From an uncultured delta proteobacterium (GTDB lineage: Bacteria > Myxococcota_A > Polyangia > Polyangiales > Polyangiaceae), in assembly GCA_963841435.1 (NCBI GenBank), contig CAWJCS010000004.1, forward strand, positions 1 to 64,000: a stretch of DNA of 64,000 nt, in the 5' to 3' direction. The notes under the pieces are model-generated. The model searched no databases, was not told the DNA's origin, and saw only the letters and a program-made list of their open reading frames with translations. This document shows positions 12,121 to 22,033 of this stretch, piece after piece; within the stretch, counting starts at the first letter, position 1; every line of letters begins with the position of its first letter. The translations under genes were made by a program, and so were the position numbers.

Positions 12121-13098
12121 GTGAAGGCGATCGTCGTGCGAGAGCCGGGCGGGCCGGAGGTGCTCGAGCAGAGGGACATCGAGGACCCCGTGCCCGGCGA
12201 GGGCGAGGTCGTCCTCGACGTGCGCGCGACGGCGCTCAACCGCGCCAATCTCCTGCAACGCCGTGGCGTTTACCCGCCCCCCGCGGGTGCGTCGGCCGTG
12301 CTCGGGCTCGAATGCGCGGGCATCGTTGCCGCGCTCGGGCCCGGCGTCGCGAGCGCGCGCGTGGGCGACCGCGTCATGGCGCTCTTGCCCGGCGGCGGCT
12401 ACGCCGAGCGCGTCAGCGTCCACGAGCGGCTCACGTTGCCCATGCCCGAGCGGCTGTCGTTCGAGCGCGCGGCGGCCGTGCCCGAGGCGTTTCTCACCGC
12501 GACCGAGGCGCTCTTCGAGCTAGGGCGGCTCAGGGCGGGTGAGTGGGTGCTCGTGCACGCAGCGGGAAGCGGCGTCGGATCGGCCGCCGTGATGCTGGCG
12601 CACCTCACGGGAGCGCGCGTCATCGCAACCACGAGCCGCGCCAAGGTCGAGCGGGTGCGCGCCCTCGGCGCCGAGCGCGTCGTGGCGCGCGAAGACGAGG
12701 ATTTCGCCGAAATCGCGCTCGAGCTCAGCGAGCGGCGTGGCGTCGACGTGATCCTCAATCTCGTGGGCGCGGCCTACGCCGAGCGGCATCAAGCGTGCCT
12801 GGGCGTGCTCGGGCGGCACGTGGTCGTCGGGTTGCTCGGCGGAGCGAAGGCCGAGATCGATCTTTCGCGCCTGCTCGCGCGCCGGCAAACGCTGCTCGGC
12901 ATGGTGATGCGCACGCGGCCGCTCGCCGATCGCGTGCGTGTCGTCGAACGCTTTCGTCGCGAATTTCTCGGGCACATCGCGAGCGGCGCGCTCGAGCCGC
13001 TCGTCAACTCCGTCTTTTCGCTCGGTGACGCCGCGGCCGCGCACACGCGCATGGAGCAGAACGAAAACTTCGGTAAGATCGTGCTCACCGTGCCGTGA
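12121..13098 (+). CDS. NAD(P)H:quinone oxidoreductase (zeta-crystallin/PIG3 type)
   Basis: GLECAG, VHAAGSGVGSAA and GKIVL motifs. Confidence 0.92.
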   Translation: MKAIVVREPGGPEVLEQRDIEDPVPGEGEVVLDVRATALNRANLLQRRGVYPPPAGASAVLGLECAGIVAALGPGVASARVGDRVMALLPGGGYAERVSVHERLTLPMPERLSFERAAAVPEAFLTATEALFELGRLRAGEWVLVHAAGSGVGSAAVMLAHLTGARVIATTSRAKVERVRALGAERVVAREDEDFAEIALELSERRGVDVILNLVGAAYAERHQACLGVLGRHVVVGLLGGAKAEIDLSRLLARRQTLLGMVMRTRPLADRVRVVERFRREFLGHIASGALEPLVNSVFSLGDAAAAHTRMEQNENFGKIVLTVP

Positions 13099-13157
13099 CG
13101 CGGCCGCGCCGGGGCCGATGGCGAGGGTGTCGCGGCGACGGCCGCGCTGCGCCCATT

Positions 13158-13463
13158 TCAACCGAGGTGCGCCTTGAGCCTCACGAGCCCGGGGCCGGGC
13201 CGCACTTGCGCCTGGCACGCCAGGCGCGACGTGCCGTCGCCACCGAGCAAGTCGAGTAGCTCCTGCTCGGGAGGCTCCGGCTCCTCGAGCAGCTCCATTC
13301 CTTCGAGCACGTCAACGTGACAGGTGCCGCAGCTCGCCGAGCGGCAGGAGAACGGCACCGGAGCGAAGTGCTCGTCGCAGATGTCCACGAGCGCGCCCCC
13401 GTCGGCGGCCTCCACGGTCTTCTTGGGGCCGAAGCCGTTTCCGAGAAACTCAATCGTGGGCAC
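13158..13463 (-). CDS. 2Fe-2S ferredoxin
   Basis: CRSASCGTC...RLACQ motif. Confidence 0.9.
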   Translation of the reverse strand: MPTIEFLGNGFGPKKTVEAADGGALVDICDEHFAPVPFSCRSASCGTCHVDVLEGMELLEEPEPPEQELLDLLGGDGTSRLACQAQVRPGPGLVRLKAHLG

Positions 13464-13513
13464 GTTTCAGCGAGCTTAGTACCAAGTGGGCCGACCGCCT
13501 GGGAAGGGGGCCG

Positions 13514-13963
13514 CTAGAACGCCCCGCGCGTGTCCACGAGGATCGTGACGGGGCCGTCGTTGACGAGCTCGACCTGCATCGAGGCACGGAAGCGCCCCGT
13601 CTCGACCACGAGCCCCCGCTCGCGGCAGGTGGCGACGAATAGCTCGAACAGCTCGCGCGCGGGTTCGGGCGCCATGGCGTGAGTGAAGCTCGGGCGACGG
13701 CCGCGCCGCACGTCGCCGAGCAGTGTGAACTGCGAAAGGGCGAGCAGGGCGCCCCCGGTGGCGGAAACGTCGAGGCTCATCTTGCCGGCGTCGTCCTCGA
13801 ACACCCGCAGCCCGGCGACCTTGTCGGCGAGAGTCCGCGCGTCGGCCGCCGTATCGTCGTCGGCGACGCCGACCAGCGCGAGCAGCCCGCGCTCGATGTG
13901 ACCTACCCGTTCGCCCTCCACGGTTACCGACGCCCGCGCCACGCGCTCGACCACGGCGCGCAT
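13514..13963 (-). CDS. dtd: D-aminoacyl-tRNA deacylase
   Basis: MRAVVERV start, SQFTL and NDGPVT motifs. Confidence 0.95.
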   Translation of the reverse strand: MRAVVERVARASVTVEGERVGHIERGLLALVGVADDDTAADARTLADKVAGLRVFEDDAGKMSLDVSATGGALLALSQFTLLGDVRRGRRPSFTHAMAPEPARELFELFVATCRERGLVVETGRFRASMQVELVNDGPVTILVDTRGAF

Positions 13964-14373
13964 CACGTCGCTTCCAGCGAGCCCGCAGCGATGGCGAGCG
14001 ACAGGAGCAGCGTCACGAGCAACCAGCCGAGCGGCGCGATCTCCGGGCCGATGCCCGCTCCGAGGCCGAGCAGCGCCGCGGTGAGCAGCAGCACGCAGTA
14101 GCCATCGAAGCGAAACGGTTCTGAAGCACGGCGGCCGCGCTGTCGCCGCTCGGCGAGCTCGCACGCGGTCGCGCCGACGAGCCCCGCGGGCAGGGACGCG
14201 AAAAATCTCAGGGACTGCGGCAGAAACAGCAGGGCGGCGGCGAGCCCGAGCGCCGCGCCTACCAAAAAAAGGGTCGGGACAGGGATGCCGCCCGCGCCCC
14301 CGCGGGGCGTCGGGGGGGTCGAAGGCCGCGGCGATGATGAGGGAGCGCTCACGGTCGGCGTGGACGATAGCAA
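13963..14373 (-). CDS. Small membrane protein (start uncertain)
   Basis: About four hydrophobic segments; stop codon abuts the dtd start. Confidence 0.55.
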   Translation of the reverse strand: MLSSTPTVSAPSSSPRPSTPPTPRGGAGGIPVPTLFLVGAALGLAAALLFLPQSLRFFASLPAGLVGATACELAERRQRGRRASEPFRFDGYCVLLLTAALLGLGAGIGPEIAPLGWLLVTLLLSLAIAAGSLEAT

Positions 14374-14417
14374 AGCGCGGGCGGTCCCGTACCCGAAAGG
14401 GCTATGCTCGGCGCGAC

Positions 14418-16382
14418 ATGGTCGATCCCGGGCGGCGATCGAGCGACGCGTTCATCGGCCAGGTGTTGCCGAGCAGGCTAAAAGCCGGGGTCAGCTACGC
14501 GGTCGAGCGGCGCCTCGGGCAGGGGGGCACCGCCACCGCCTACCTCTGCCGGCGACGCGCACCGGATGGCGAAGCGCCCGTCGTGGTCAAGATCATCCTG
14601 CCCCAGATCGTGGCCGAGTCCGACGAGCAAGCCCTCACCATCATCAAGAAGGAAGCCGTTGCGCTCGGGCGCCTGAACGAGCGTGTGCCGCCGTCGCCGA
14701 ACGTCGTCAGGTTGATCGACACGGGCAGCGTGTCGCTCAGCTGGCACTCGCGCACGCTCGAGCTGCCCTGGGTCGCCCTCGAGTACGTGCACGGCGGCGT
14801 CGAAGGGACGTCTCTCGAGGAGCGTGTCAACTTCTCCGTGCGCACGACGGGCTACGCGTTCGACCCGACTCGCGTGGCACGGGCTCTCACGGGGATCGCC
14901 GGGGGGCTCGGCGAGATCCACGCGGCGGGCATCGTGCATCGCGATCTGACGCCGGGTAACGTGCTCACGTGCGGCAGCGGTGAAACGGAGATCTTCAAAA
15001 TCTCCGATTTCGGCATCGCGCGGCCGCAAGGGCTCGCTGCCACCTTCGGCGACGCGCTCGTCGGTACGCTCGGCTACGCGGCGCCCGAATTGTTCCTGCC
15101 CAAGCTCGGGCTCGGCCCGCACACGGATCTTTTCAGCCTGGGCGCGATCGTCTTTTTCATGCTCACGGGCGAGCGCCTCTTCGAGGGCAGCTCGCCCGGC
15201 GAGGCGATGCTGACGCTCCAGAGCCCCGAGCGACGCAGCATCCGCACGTCGCCGACGCTTTCCTTCGAGCTCCGCGAGAGCGAAGCCGCCGTCTCTGCCA
15301 TCGACCAGGTGCTCGCGAGGGCCACCGCCTACGAGCCCTGGGATCGTCCGGCGAACGCGCGCGCTCTCGCCGAGAGCCTGATGCCCTGGCTGCTCGGCGA
15401 CGCGCCGGCCGACAAACCGAGCCGCCGCTGGGTGACGAGCATGGGCCACGAGAAGGCCCGCGACCTCGCGCTCGACACCACGTGGATGATGCGGCACCCG
15501 CCCGGTGACGATCGCGTCGTGACCGACGTGGCCTGGAACGCGGCGGGGCAGGCGCTCGCCGCTACGACGGACGGTCTCGCGTTCTGGGACGGCTCGCGCT
15601 GGGCCGGCGTCACGGCGAGCGACCCCGCGACGCTCGGCCCCGTCTCCTGTGTGGAGCGCCTCGGCCCGACGCGTTGGCTCGTCGGCTCCGCGGGCGGGCG
15701 GCTCTCGGAGCTCTCGCACGAGGGGCTGCGGGAGCTCGTCTGCCATCCGGACCAGCGCGTCACTTTCACGGGCGCCACGCCCGACTTCGACGACGTGGCC
15801 GTGCTCGTCGGCGACGACGGCAGCGGCACCCCGGCGCTCCACACCATGATCGGCCGCCGCTGGCTACGACCGGTCCCCGTGCGCGGCGCGCAGAGCGTCA
15901 CCGACCTCAGTCGCATCGACGACGAGCGCTGGCTCGTCGTCGGCCGCAGTGACCGCGGCACGGCGTACGCCGCGATCTACCGGCCGCTCGCCTGGGAGCT
16001 CGAGCCGCTGCCGGCCCCCGCGGGGCGCGTCCTGCTCGCCTCGGCGAGCCGCCCCGAGCGGCACGCCGCCGTGGCGGTCGGTGTTGGCGGCGCCGTCTTG
16101 ACGATCGACACCGACCAGGTGCGCGTCACGACCCTGCTCGGCGGGCCCGATCTCGCGTCCGTCGGCATCGACGCGCTCGGGCGCTCGTGGGCCGCGGGTC
16201 GCGGGCGCGTGTGGTCGCGGCGGGGCGGCGGCGAGTGGACGGTCGTGTGGGAGCACGCCGAATGGCAGCCGCCGTTCATCGGCATCATGGTCGAGGTGGG
16301 CGCCGTCGTCGCGATGTCGGTCAACGGCGCCGTGCTCGAGTGCCGCTCCATGCCGCTCGACAAGACCTACCCTTCGCTGTGA
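14418..16382 (+). CDS. Ser/Thr protein kinase with C-terminal repeat (propeller-like) region
   Basis: LGQGG, VVVK, HRDLTPGN, DFG and APE motifs. Confidence 0.92.
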   Translation: MVDPGRRSSDAFIGQVLPSRLKAGVSYAVERRLGQGGTATAYLCRRRAPDGEAPVVVKIILPQIVAESDEQALTIIKKEAVALGRLNERVPPSPNVVRLIDTGSVSLSWHSRTLELPWVALEYVHGGVEGTSLEERVNFSVRTTGYAFDPTRVARALTGIAGGLGEIHAAGIVHRDLTPGNVLTCGSGETEIFKISDFGIARPQGLAATFGDALVGTLGYAAPELFLPKLGLGPHTDLFSLGAIVFFMLTGERLFEGSSPGEAMLTLQSPERRSIRTSPTLSFELRESEAAVSAIDQVLARATAYEPWDRPANARALAESLMPWLLGDAPADKPSRRWVTSMGHEKARDLALDTTWMMRHPPGDDRVVTDVAWNAAGQALAATTDGLAFWDGSRWAGVTASDPATLGPVSCVERLGPTRWLVGSAGGRLSELSHEGLRELVCHPDQRVTFTGATPDFDDVAVLVGDDGSGTPALHTMIGRRWLRPVPVRGAQSVTDLSRIDDERWLVVGRSDRGTAYAAIYRPLAWELEPLPAPAGRVLLASASRPERHAAVAVGVGGAVLTIDTDQVRVTTLLGGPDLASVGIDALGRSWAAGRGRVWSRRGGGEWTVVWEHAEWQPPFIGIMVEVGAVVAMSVNGAVLECRSMPLDKTYPSL

Positions 16383-16416
16383 ACGGCCGCCGTGAGCGAC
16401 GGTCGGCGCGAACCGC

Positions 16417-16830
16417 TCAATGCCCGTAGAGCATGAAGTAGACGAGGACGCCCGTCGTCGAGACGTAGAGCCAGATCGGCAGCGTGACACGCGCGAGCGG
16501 GCGATGCTTCACGATGAGGCCCTTGAGCCCCCGCCGGATCGTGACGACCGCCATTGGTACGACCGCGGCGGCGAGGATCACGTGGGGGATGAGCACGGCG
16601 AAGTACACGGTGCGCCACACGCCCGAGCCCCGGTACGGCACCGACCCCACGCGTGCGTGGTGAACCAAATACGAGACGAGGAACACCGTCGAGATCGCGA
16701 AAGCCGTGAGCATCGCGGTGCGGTGTAGAGCCACCTTCTTCTGCTTGATGAAGACGTAGCCGGCGAGCAGCGTCACGCCCGACGCGGCGTTCAAGCACGC
16801 GTTCAGGGTCGGCAAGAAATCGAGGGTCAT
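16417..16830 (-). CDS. DUF420 family membrane protein
   Basis: LPTLNACLN, HRTAM and PIWLYVSTTGVLVY motifs. Confidence 0.88.
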   Translation of the reverse strand: MTLDFLPTLNACLNAASGVTLLAGYVFIKQKKVALHRTAMLTAFAISTVFLVSYLVHHARVGSVPYRGSGVWRTVYFAVLIPHVILAAAVVPMAVVTIRRGLKGLIVKHRPLARVTLPIWLYVSTTGVLVYFMLYGH

Positions 16831-17900
16831 GCGAAAAAACGTACCTCGCGGCTCGTCTCTGCCACGTCCGCGTCGGTTTCGCCCGTTTCGGCGTGCTTGA
16901 GCAGCCGCCAGATGTGCGGGCCGATGAGGTCGAGCTCCGTCGACATGAACTGCTCGCCGCCGAACGCTCGCACGGTAGCGGCCTGAGCTTCGAGCATGCG
17001 GCGATCCTGGCCAAAGATGGAGAGCGCGACCGGCTCGAGCAGCGGCCTTAGCAGGAGGCCGGGGATCGGCGAGCGAAAGTCGACGACGGCGTAAAGACGC
17101 GTGGAAAAGTCGGAAATCGGCGTGCCCAGGGCCGTCACGAGAAAATGCGTCTCCTTGCCGAGCCGGTACTCGACCTGCGCTACCGAGGGGAGGATGAAGC
17201 GGTCCCAGTGCTCCACGGTGCCGCCGCTCGGCGAGAGCAAGAGGCCCGCGAGACCGCTCGGCCGCGGCTCGCCCGCGTACTCGACCTCGACCCGATCGGC
17301 CGTGCGACGCACGGTCGCGCGGATTTCGTTCTTCTTCTTGCCGCGAAAAAGACCTCGATGGAGAAAAGCCGTGTGCGGCACGTCGAGCGCGTTCTCGAGC
17401 GTCGCGTGCAGCGTCCCCGGCGCGTCGACGCTGCGCACGACGCGCGTGTAGCCCTTGCCGAGCTCGGGCAGCGGGAACGGGTCGCGCGAGGGCTCGCCGT
17501 CGAGCTCGGGCCAGACCCAGACGAAACCGTTCTGCTCGCGCACGGCGCACGCCGCCACGCGCCGCTCGCGCGCTTCCCCCGCGCCCGTGAGCCCTGGCAC
17601 GAGGCTGCAGAGCCCGGTGCCTTCGAATTGCCAGCCGTGATACGCGCATTCGAGCGTGCCGCCCTTGGTGACCCGTCCGAGCGAAAGCGGCGCGTTGCGG
17701 TGCGCGCAGCGATCGAGCAGCGCCGCGGCTCGGCCGCGCGTCCGGAACAGCACGAGCGGGACACCCAGGACGTCACGGTGGAGCGGCCGCTGTCCGAGCT
17801 CGGCCGACGTGCAGGCGACGTACCAGGCGCGCGTGAGGCGCGCGATCGAAAGGTGGCCCTTGGTCGGGGGAGGGACGAGCCGCTCTTCGGCGCCGGGCAT
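16827..17900 (-). CDS. Rieske non-heme iron oxygenase alpha subunit (VanA-like)
   Basis: CAHR...CAYHGW Rieske motif; ENALDVPHTAFLH mononuclear iron site. Confidence 0.92.
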   Translation of the reverse strand: MPGAEERLVPPPTKGHLSIARLTRAWYVACTSAELGQRPLHRDVLGVPLVLFRTRGRAAALLDRCAHRNAPLSLGRVTKGGTLECAYHGWQFEGTGLCSLVPGLTGAGEARERRVAACAVREQNGFVWVWPELDGEPSRDPFPLPELGKGYTRVVRSVDAPGTLHATLENALDVPHTAFLHRGLFRGKKKNEIRATVRRTADRVEVEYAGEPRPSGLAGLLLSPSGGTVEHWDRFILPSVAQVEYRLGKETHFLVTALGTPISDFSTRLYAVVDFRSPIPGLLLRPLLEPVALSIFGQDRRMLEAQAATVRAFGGEQFMSTELDLIGPHIWRLLKHAETGETDADVAETSREVRFFA

Positions 17901-18017
17901 CGCCGTTTTTTACCACCCTTTCGAGAACGGAACCGCGTCGGCGACACGGTTGCCTTCGGCCTAGCGCGACTCCATAGTGAAGGAGGCGGGCCCATACGGC
18001 AAAAGGAGGCCGAGTGC

Positions 18018-19763
18018 ATGGTCGACAAGAACACGGCGAGCTTCATGCGCTCGCTTTGCATGGGTCGGATCGAGGAGGACATCATCCTCCCGTTTCCCTC
18101 GCTCTCCACGAGCGAGAAAGAGACGCTCGAGGGAGTGATCACGACGCTGTCGTCGCTGCTCGGTCCGCACGAAGCCGACTTTCGTACCTGGGATCGGCAG
18201 GGCGAGCTGCCCGCGGAGTTCGTGAACGCGCTGCGCGAAGCCGGGCTTTTCAGCTTCGTGGTTCCCGAGGAGCACGGCGGGCTCGGCTTCGGTAGCAAGG
18301 CGTACTCGCGCGCGCTGCAAGAGGTGGCCAAGCACGATGCGTCCGTCGCCGTGACGATCGGCGCGCACAGCTCGATCGGCATGCGCGGCCTCCTGCTCTT
18401 CGGCACCGAGGAGCAGCGCGAGCGCTTCTACCCGAAGCTTGCCACGGGCGAGATGATCGCCGCTTTTTGCCTCACGGAGCCCGGGTCCGGCTCCGACGCC
18501 GCATCGATCAAGACGACCGCCGTTCGCGACGGCGACGACTGGGTGCTGAACGGCAGCAAGATCTGGATCACCAACGGCGGCATCGCCGACTTTTTCACCG
18601 TCTTCGCCAAGACCGGCGACGCCACGGGGCGCAAGGGGCTTTCGGCCTTCATCGTCACGCGCGACATGCCCGGCGTCACCAACGGTCCGCACGAGGACAA
18701 GATGGGCATCCGCGCGAGCTCCACGACGACCGTGAGCTTCGACAACGTGCGCGTGCCCGCGAAGAACCTGCTCGGCGAACAGGGCAAGGGCTTCAAGGTC
18801 GCCATGAACATCCTCAACTCGGGGCGCACCGGCCTCGGCGGCGGCAGCGTGGGCGGCATGAAGAAGCTCATCGCTCTCTCGACGGCGCAGGCGAACCAGC
18901 GCGTTCAGTTCGACAAGCCCATCCGCGAGTTCGGCCTGATCAAGCAGAAAGTCGGGCAAATGGTGGTCGACTGCTACGCCGCCGAGGCGACCGTCACGAT
19001 GGTCGCGGGGCTCATCGACGCGGGCTACACCGACTACGCCGTCGAGGCCGCCATCAGCAAGGTTTTCGCCAGCGAGGCGCTCTGGCGTACGGCGGACGAG
19101 GCTCTGCAGATCGCGGCCGGCAACGGCTTCATGTGCGAGTTCCCCTACGAGCGGCTCGTCCGCGATTCGCGCATCAACCGCATCTTCGAGGGTACGAACG
19201 AGATCTTGCGTCTGTTCATCGCCCTGACCGCCATGAACGACGCGGGTCACTCGCTCCGGGAGCTCGCGAAGACGCTCGATGGCGTGTTCAACGATCCCAT
19301 CAAGGGCTTCGGCGTGATCTCGGAATATGCGCTTCGCCGCGCCGCCATTGCGACGGGGATCGGCCGCGAAGGGACGACGTTCACGCGGCTCGACCCCGCG
19401 CTCAAGCAGGCGCAAGGCGTTTTCGAGGATGCGACGCGCGATCTTGCCGCCGCGACCGATCGCATCCTACGCAAGCACGGGCGCGCCATCATCGACAAGC
19501 AGCTCGCGACGCGCCGGCTCTCCGACATCATGATCGACCTCTTCGTGCTCGCCTGCGTGCTGAGCCGCGTGGACGCCGCCGTTCGCGCCTCGGGGTCGAG
19601 CGCCGCCGCACGCGAGCTCGAGATCCTGAACGCGTTCGCCGGCCAGGTTCGCCGCCGCGTCCGCAATACCGTGAGCGAGATCGACGACAACCAGGACGAG
19701 TCCGTGAAGGCGCTCGCCGACCACGCTTTCGAGAGCGAGCGTTACGCCTGGGACACAATCTAG
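18018..19763 (+). CDS. Acyl-CoA dehydrogenase (VLCAD-like, C-terminal extension)
   Basis: FCLTEPGSGSD, GSKIWITNG and RIFEGTNEI motifs; Shine-Dalgarno AGGAGG. Confidence 0.95.
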   Translation: MVDKNTASFMRSLCMGRIEEDIILPFPSLSTSEKETLEGVITTLSSLLGPHEADFRTWDRQGELPAEFVNALREAGLFSFVVPEEHGGLGFGSKAYSRALQEVAKHDASVAVTIGAHSSIGMRGLLLFGTEEQRERFYPKLATGEMIAAFCLTEPGSGSDAASIKTTAVRDGDDWVLNGSKIWITNGGIADFFTVFAKTGDATGRKGLSAFIVTRDMPGVTNGPHEDKMGIRASSTTTVSFDNVRVPAKNLLGEQGKGFKVAMNILNSGRTGLGGGSVGGMKKLIALSTAQANQRVQFDKPIREFGLIKQKVGQMVVDCYAAEATVTMVAGLIDAGYTDYAVEAAISKVFASEALWRTADEALQIAAGNGFMCEFPYERLVRDSRINRIFEGTNEILRLFIALTAMNDAGHSLRELAKTLDGVFNDPIKGFGVISEYALRRAAIATGIGREGTTFTRLDPALKQAQGVFEDATRDLAAATDRILRKHGRAIIDKQLATRRLSDIMIDLFVLACVLSRVDAAVRASGSSAAARELEILNAFAGQVRRRVRNTVSEIDDNQDESVKALADHAFESERYAWDTI

Positions 19764-19830
19764 AAAGCGTGGGTCGCCCCTCTTTCTTGCGGCCCGAGGG
19801 CCATGGTAGTCTCACGAGAAGGGACTGCTT

Positions 19831-21252
19831 ATGAAGCGCTTTTCACGTATTGGCCCGCTCGTCACCTCACTCTTGCTCGTTGGCGCATGCCAGCAGCTCA
19901 TCGGTCTCGGCAAGTACGAGAAAGTCGAGGACGACGGCGAGGGGGGCGGGACGGCGACCGGCGGCAAGGGCTCCGGCGGGAGCACCGGCGGTAAGGGCGG
20001 CAGCGCCGGCACCGGCACCGGCGGAGCGTCGGGCGAAGCCGGTGCGAACACGGGCGGCTCCGGCGGCAGCGGCGGCTCGAGAGGCGGACGCGGCGGCTCG
20101 ACCACGGGCGGGAATGCGGGGATGTCCGGGGAGGCCGGCATGGCTGCCGATGGCGGCAGCGGTGGCTCGACGGGCGGCAGCGGTGGGAGCGGTGGCTCCA
20201 CGGGTGGCAACGCGGGCGCCTCGGGCACCTCCGGCTGCACGGAGATCACACCGGAGGACGCCGTGAGCATGAGCATCGATCCGCCGGATCCGGATTTTCG
20301 CAGCGTCGTCTACAATTTTGCGCTCGCCGAGCAGCTCGGAAGCTCTCTGGCGGATCTGCTCGATCTCCAGTTTTACACGGGCACGTCGTTCGACGGCGAC
20401 CTCACGGGCACGTTCGACCTCGGCGACGGCATCGACGAGAATTTCTCGACTTGCGCTCGCTGCGTGCTCGTCGAGCGAGACGCGACCACCGTCGGCGACC
20501 CCGGTAACGTCCGCTTTTATGCGCAATCCGGCACGCTCACCGTGGACGACGCATCGCTGCAGATGGAGGGCAGGCCCATCGCCAACCTGCACGACGTGAC
20601 GCTCGTCGAGGTGTCGATCGACGTGGACAGCTACGTCTCGACGCCGGTCGCGAACGGGCGCTGCCTGCACATCGACGACTTCAGCTTCCAGCTGCCGCCG
20701 AGCGGATGGAACTGTCCGGACGACACCTGGGGCGACGCCGCCTGCACTTGCGGCTGCGGTGCGACGGACCTCGAGTGCACGGGCACGGCGGTCGGCGCGT
20801 GTGACGACTGCACCCAGCCCGGTAGCTGCGCGACGGACTGCTCGGAGGTCGACCTCAGCAACAACGCGGTTTGCGCTGCCGTTTCGGGCTGGACGTGCGA
20901 CCCGTCGGCTTACGGCGACGGCTACTGCAGCTGCGGGTGCGGGGCGCCCGACATCGACTGCGCCGATAGCGCGAGCTGGGCCTGCGAGGTCTGCGACGAC
21001 CCGGGAACCTGCAGCGACTACGACTGCCTCAACATCGACCTTGCCCAGAACTGGAGCTGCGACGCGAGCTCCCCGTGGACCTGCGACGCGACCTACTACG
21101 AGGCCCTCGACGGCTGCGATTGCGGCTGCGGCATTGTCGACCCCGACTGCTCGAGCACAGATGCAGCCGACTGCGATTTCTGCTCGGGGGTCGGTTCCTG
21201 CGCCGGCACCTGCTCCGACATCTCGACGGCCGACAACGCGCACTGCGGCTAG
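19831..21252 (+). CDS. Lipoprotein with Gly-rich linker and three Cys-rich repeats
   Basis: Lipobox VGAC; three W.C...CxCGCG..D.DC repeats. Confidence 0.85.
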   Translation: MKRFSRIGPLVTSLLLVGACQQLIGLGKYEKVEDDGEGGGTATGGKGSGGSTGGKGGSAGTGTGGASGEAGANTGGSGGSGGSRGGRGGSTTGGNAGMSGEAGMAADGGSGGSTGGSGGSGGSTGGNAGASGTSGCTEITPEDAVSMSIDPPDPDFRSVVYNFALAEQLGSSLADLLDLQFYTGTSFDGDLTGTFDLGDGIDENFSTCARCVLVERDATTVGDPGNVRFYAQSGTLTVDDASLQMEGRPIANLHDVTLVEVSIDVDSYVSTPVANGRCLHIDDFSFQLPPSGWNCPDDTWGDAACTCGCGATDLECTGTAVGACDDCTQPGSCATDCSEVDLSNNAVCAAVSGWTCDPSAYGDGYCSCGCGAPDIDCADSASWACEVCDDPGTCSDYDCLNIDLAQNWSCDASSPWTCDATYYEALDGCDCGCGIVDPDCSSTDAADCDFCSGVGSCAGTCSDISTADNAHCG

Positions 21253-21267
21253 AGCGCGCCTGATAGG

Positions 21268-21812
21268 CGGCGCCCGGACGAGCGAAAGCGATAGGGCGGC
21301 GGGGGTCGGACTTGCCCCGACGGCCCCGCGCCGCACGTTGCTGGACGTCGAGCTGCGGAGGCGCGCAGCGTCGCACGAAGGTCTAAAGTCCGACAGACGG
21401 CGCCCGGACGAGCGAAAGCGATAGGGCGGCGGGGGTCGGACTTGCCCGACGGCCGCGCGCCGCACGTTGCTGGACGTCGAGCTGCGGAGGCGCGCAGCGT
21501 CGCACGAAGGTCTAAAGTCCGACAGACGGCGCCCGGACGAGCGAAAGCGATAGGGCGGCGGGGGTCGGACTTGCCCGACGGCCCCGCGCCGCACGTTGCT
21601 GAACGTCGAGCTGCGGAGGCGCGCAGCGTCGCACGAAGGTCTAAAGTCCGACAGACGGCGCCCGGACGAGCGAAAGCGAGGACGGCGGGGGTCGGACTTG
21701 CACCGACGGCCCCGCGCCGCACGTTGCTGAACGTCGAGCTGCGGAGGCGCGCAGCGTCGCACGAAGGTCTAAAGTCCGACAGACGGCGCCCGGACGAGCG
21801 AAAGCGAGGACG
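21268..21812. repeat. Tandem array of four 128-130 bp units plus a partial fifth, abutting the tRNA-Thr 3' end
   Basis: Unit starts (CGGCGCCCGGACGAGCGAAAGCG) at 21268, 21398, 21527, 21656 and 21784. Units are near-identical. Confidence 0.95.
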
Positions 21813-21814
21813 GG

Positions 21815-21886
21815 AGCCGACTGTCGGACTTGAACCGACGACCTGTGCTTTACGAAAGCACTGCTCTACCACTGAGCTAAGTCGGC
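21815..21886 (-). tRNA. tRNA-Thr (anticodon CGT), CCA not encoded
   Basis: GCCGACT-TAGCTCAGTGGTAGAGC-A-GTGCT TTCGTAA AGCAC-AGGTC-GTCGG TTCAAGT CCGAC-AGTCGGC-T. Confidence 0.96.
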
Positions 21887-22033
21887 GAGCTCGCCCGGGG
21901 GGCGACCGGGGCGGAGGATACGCGCGGGAGGCAGCACGTCAAGCCGAGCCGGTCGGTGCTGGAAATCCGGCGCGGGCCGGCTCGCTCCGCGTGCGATCGA
22001 GCTCAGTGCGGGCGGCCGGGCGTGGCTCGTCCG

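Noticed and set aside
21268-21812. CRISPR array
   Set aside because: Units are near-identical along their whole length with no unique spacers, and there are no cas genes.
21249-21872. ORFs spanning the tandem repeat and tRNA-Thr
   Set aside because: They are translations of the repeat and overlap a tRNA. Unit lengths of 128-130 bp do not preserve frame.
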